From positions 4,053,258-4,117,257 of the forward strand of contig CM082585.2 of assembly GCA_040954595.2 (NCBI GenBank): DNA of 64,000 nt, in the 5' to 3' direction. The stretch comes from Balanoglossus misakiensis (Eukaryota > Animalia > Hemichordata). This document shows, one piece after another, positions 61,201 to 64,000 of the stretch. The translations under genes were made by a program, and so were the position numbers. The notes beneath the pieces are model-generated. The model saw only the letters and a program-made list of their open reading frames with translations. It did no database searches and was not told the DNA's origin. Positions within the stretch are counted from its first letter, which is position 1; each line of letters opens with the position of its first letter.

Positions 61201-64000
61201 TTACACTGAGTAGCCTGTCTTAGGTCACCACTTCATAAGAGGTCTTACCCGTTCATTGGCACAAACAGTCTCAGGAAGTAAGCTTTCGCCCTACCAATGT
61301 AGCTCAGTCTCAGGAAGTAAGCTTTCAGCCTACCAATGTAGCTATTACATTTTCCACTTTTTGTAAGTGAAGCCTGACTGTCGCCTGTCTTAGGTCACCA
61401 CTTCATAAGCGGTCTTACCCGTCATTGGCACAAACAGTCTCAGGAAGTAAGCTTTCAGCCTACCAATGTAGCTATTATATTTTCCACTTTTTGTAAGTGA
61501 AGCCTGACTGTCGCCTGTCTTAGGTCACCACTTCATAAGCGGTCTTACCCGTCATTGGCACAAACAGTCTCAGGAAGTAAGCTTTCAGCCTACCAATGTA
61601 GCTATTATATTTTCCACTTTTTGTAAGTGAAGCCTGACTGTCGCCTGTCTTAGGTCACCACTTCATAAGCGGTCTTACCCGTCATTGGCACAAACAGTCT
61701 CAGGAAGTAAGCTTTCAGCCTACCAATGTAGCTATTATATTTTCCACTTTTTGTAAGTGAAGCCTGACTGTCGCCTGTCTTAGGTCACCACTTCATAAGC
61801 GGTCTTACCCGTCATTGGCACAAACAGTCTCAGGAAGTAAGCTTTCAGCCTACCAATTTCCACTTTTGTAAGTGAAGCCTGACTGTCGCCTGTCTTAGGT
61901 CACCACTTCATAAGCGGTCTTACCCGTCATTGGCACAAACAGTCTCAGGAAGTAAGCTTTCAGCAGCATTAACTTGTAAGTGAAGCCTGACTGTCGCCTG
62001 TCTTAGGTCACCACTTCATAAGCGGTCTTACCCGTCATTGGCACAAACAGTCTCAGGAAGTAAGCTCAGCCGCCTGTCTTAGGTCACCACTTCATAAGCG
62101 GTCTTACCCGTCATTGGCACAAACAGTCTCAGGAAGTAAGCTTTCAGCCTACCAATGTAGCTATTACATTTTCCACGTAAGTGAAGCCTGACTGTCGCCT
62201 GTCTTAGGTCACCACTTCATAAGCGGTCTTACCCGTCATTGGCACAAACAGTCTCAGGAAGTAAGCTTTCAGCCTACCAATGTAGCTATTACATTTTCCA
62301 CTTTTTGTAAGTGAAGCCTGACTGTCGCCTGTCTTAGGTCACCACTTCATAAGCGGTCTTACCCGTCATTGGCACAAACAGTCTCAGGAAGTAAGCTTTC
62401 AGCCTACCAATGTAGCTATTACATTTTCCACTTTTTGTAAGTGAAGCCTGACTGTCGCCTGTCTTAGGTCACCACTTCATAAGCGGTCTTACCCGTCATT
62501 GGCACAAACAGTCTCAGGAAGTAAGCTTTCAGCCTACCAATGTAGCTATTACATTTTCCACTTTTTGTAAGTGAAGCCTGACTGTCGCCTGTCTTAGGTC
62601 ACCACTTCATAAGCGGTCTTACCCGTCATTGGCACAAACAGTCTCAGGAAGTAAGCTTTCAGCCTACCAATGTAGCTATTACATTTTCCACTTTTTGTAA
62701 GTGAAGCCTGACTGTCGCCTGTCTTAGGTCACCACTTCATAAGCGGTCTTACCCGTCATTGGCACAAACAGTCTCAGGAAGTAAGCTTTCAGCCTACCAA
62801 TGTAGCTATTATATTTTCCACTTTTTGTAAGTGAAGCCTGACTGTCGCCTGTCTTAGGTCACCACTTCATAAGCGGTCTTACCCGTCATTGGCACAAACA
62901 GTCTCAGGAAGTAAGCTTTCAGCCTACCAATGTAGCTATTATATTTTCCACTTTTTGTAAGTGAAGCCTGACTGTCGCCTGTCTTAGGTCACCACTTCAT
63001 AAGCGGTCTTACCCGTCATTGGCACAAACAGTCTCAGGAAGTAAGCTTTCAGCCTACCATGTAGCTATTACATTTTCCACTTTTTGTAAGTGAAGCCTGA
63101 CTGTCGCCTGTCTTAGGTCACCACTTCATAAGCGGTCTTACCCGTCATTGGCACAAACAGTCTCAGGAAGTAAGCTTTCAGCCTACCAATGTAGCTATTA
63201 TATTTTCCACTTTTTGTAAGTGAAGCCTGACTGTCGCCTGTCTTAGGTCACCACTTCATAAGCGGTCTTACCCGTCATTGGCACAAACAGTCTCAGGAAG
63301 TAAGCTTCAGCCTACCAATGTAGCTATTACATTTCCACTTTTTGTAAGTGAAGCCTGACTGTCGCCTGTCTAGGTCACCACTTCATAAGCGGTCTTACCC
63401 GTCATTGGCACAAACAGTCTCAGGAAGTAAGCTTTCAGCCTACCAATGTAGCCTATTACATTTTCCACTTTTTGTAAGTGAAGCCTGACTGTCGCCTGTC
63501 TTAGGTCACCACTTCATAAGTCGGTCTTACCCGTCATTGGCACAAACAGTCTCAGGAAGTAAGCTTTCAGCCTACCATGTAGCTATTATAATTTTCCACT
63601 TTTTGTAAGTGAAGCTGACTGTCGCCTGTCTTAGGTCACCACTTCATAAGCGGTCTTACCCGTCATTGGCACAAACAGTCTTCAGGAAGTAAGCTTTCAG
63701 CCTACCAATGTAGCTATTACATTTTCCACTTTTTGTAAGTGAAGCCTGACTGTCGCCTGTCTTAGGTCACCACTTCATAAGCGGTCTTACCCTCAGGCAG
63801 AGACTGTCTCTGAAGTAAGCTTTTAGCCTACCACTGTAGCTATTACATTTTCCACTTTTGTAAGTGAAGCCTGGGACTGTCGCCTGTCTAAGGTCACCAC
63901 TTCATAAGTGGTCTTTACACTCTCATATTACATTTTCCACTTTTTGTAAGTGAAGCCTGACTGTCGCTGTCTTAGGTCACCACTTCATAAGTGGTCTTAC

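Larger units (their letters stand above)
31582..64000. repeat. 130-bp satellite DNA array (about 200 monomers, one HindIII site each), open at window end
   Basis: Monomer GTAAGTGAAGCCTGACTGTCGCCTGTCTTAGGTCACCACTTCATAAGCGGTCTTACCCGTCATTGGCACAAACAGTCTCAGGAAGTAAGCTTTCAGCCTACCAATGTAGCTATTAYATTTTCCACTTTTT repeated head to tail (e.g. 31621 vs 31751). Interrupted at 39397-41486 and 42757-46268. Confidence 0.99.

Noticed and set aside
31582-64000. CRISPR-like array or RT-plus-array system (the CTAC-CAAT-GTAG hairpin loosely resembles a Cas12a repeat, and an RT gene lies within the array)
   Set aside because: There are no variable spacers and no cas genes. The RT is a standard APE-type LINE with its own tail and target duplication, interrupting a monomer.
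58200-64000. Apparent degeneration of the satellite toward the window end
   Set aside because: Scattered 1-bp indels and dropouts (especially 60300-62200 and after 63300) look like low-coverage long-read error near a contig end, not biology.

Overview
Animal genomic DNA, probably a marine invertebrate (species not determinable from sequence), with spliced genes and no prokaryotic features. Bases 1-31.5 kb hold: the 5' seven coding exons of a cytosolic ALDH1-type aldehyde dehydrogenase (minus strand, continuing past the window start); a divergently transcribed gene for a secreted protein with three CUB domains; and a small secreted protein gene with two PAN/Apple domains, present as one intact copy (A), one broken direct copy (B) and one broken inverted copy (C). 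The same region has many non-autonomous transposons (Harbinger-like, Kolobok-like TTAA, nested 9-bp-TSD MITEs, a Helentron-type HINE, an old L2 fragment) and two small tandem arrays (103-bp and 74-bp units). From 31,582 to the window end is a very homogeneous 130-bp satellite of about 200 monomers with higher-order duplications. It is interrupted by a 2.1-kb CAC...GTG TIR element and by an intact single-ORF L2-group LINE (APE endonuclease plus RT, GATT tail). The most notable signal is that rare diagnostic satellite variants are duplicated on both sides of the LINE, suggesting an effective target duplication of about 267 bp rather than the apparent 7 bp. I found no evidence for a CRISPR-like or otherwise new RT-array system; a LINE inserted in a satellite explains the arrangement.
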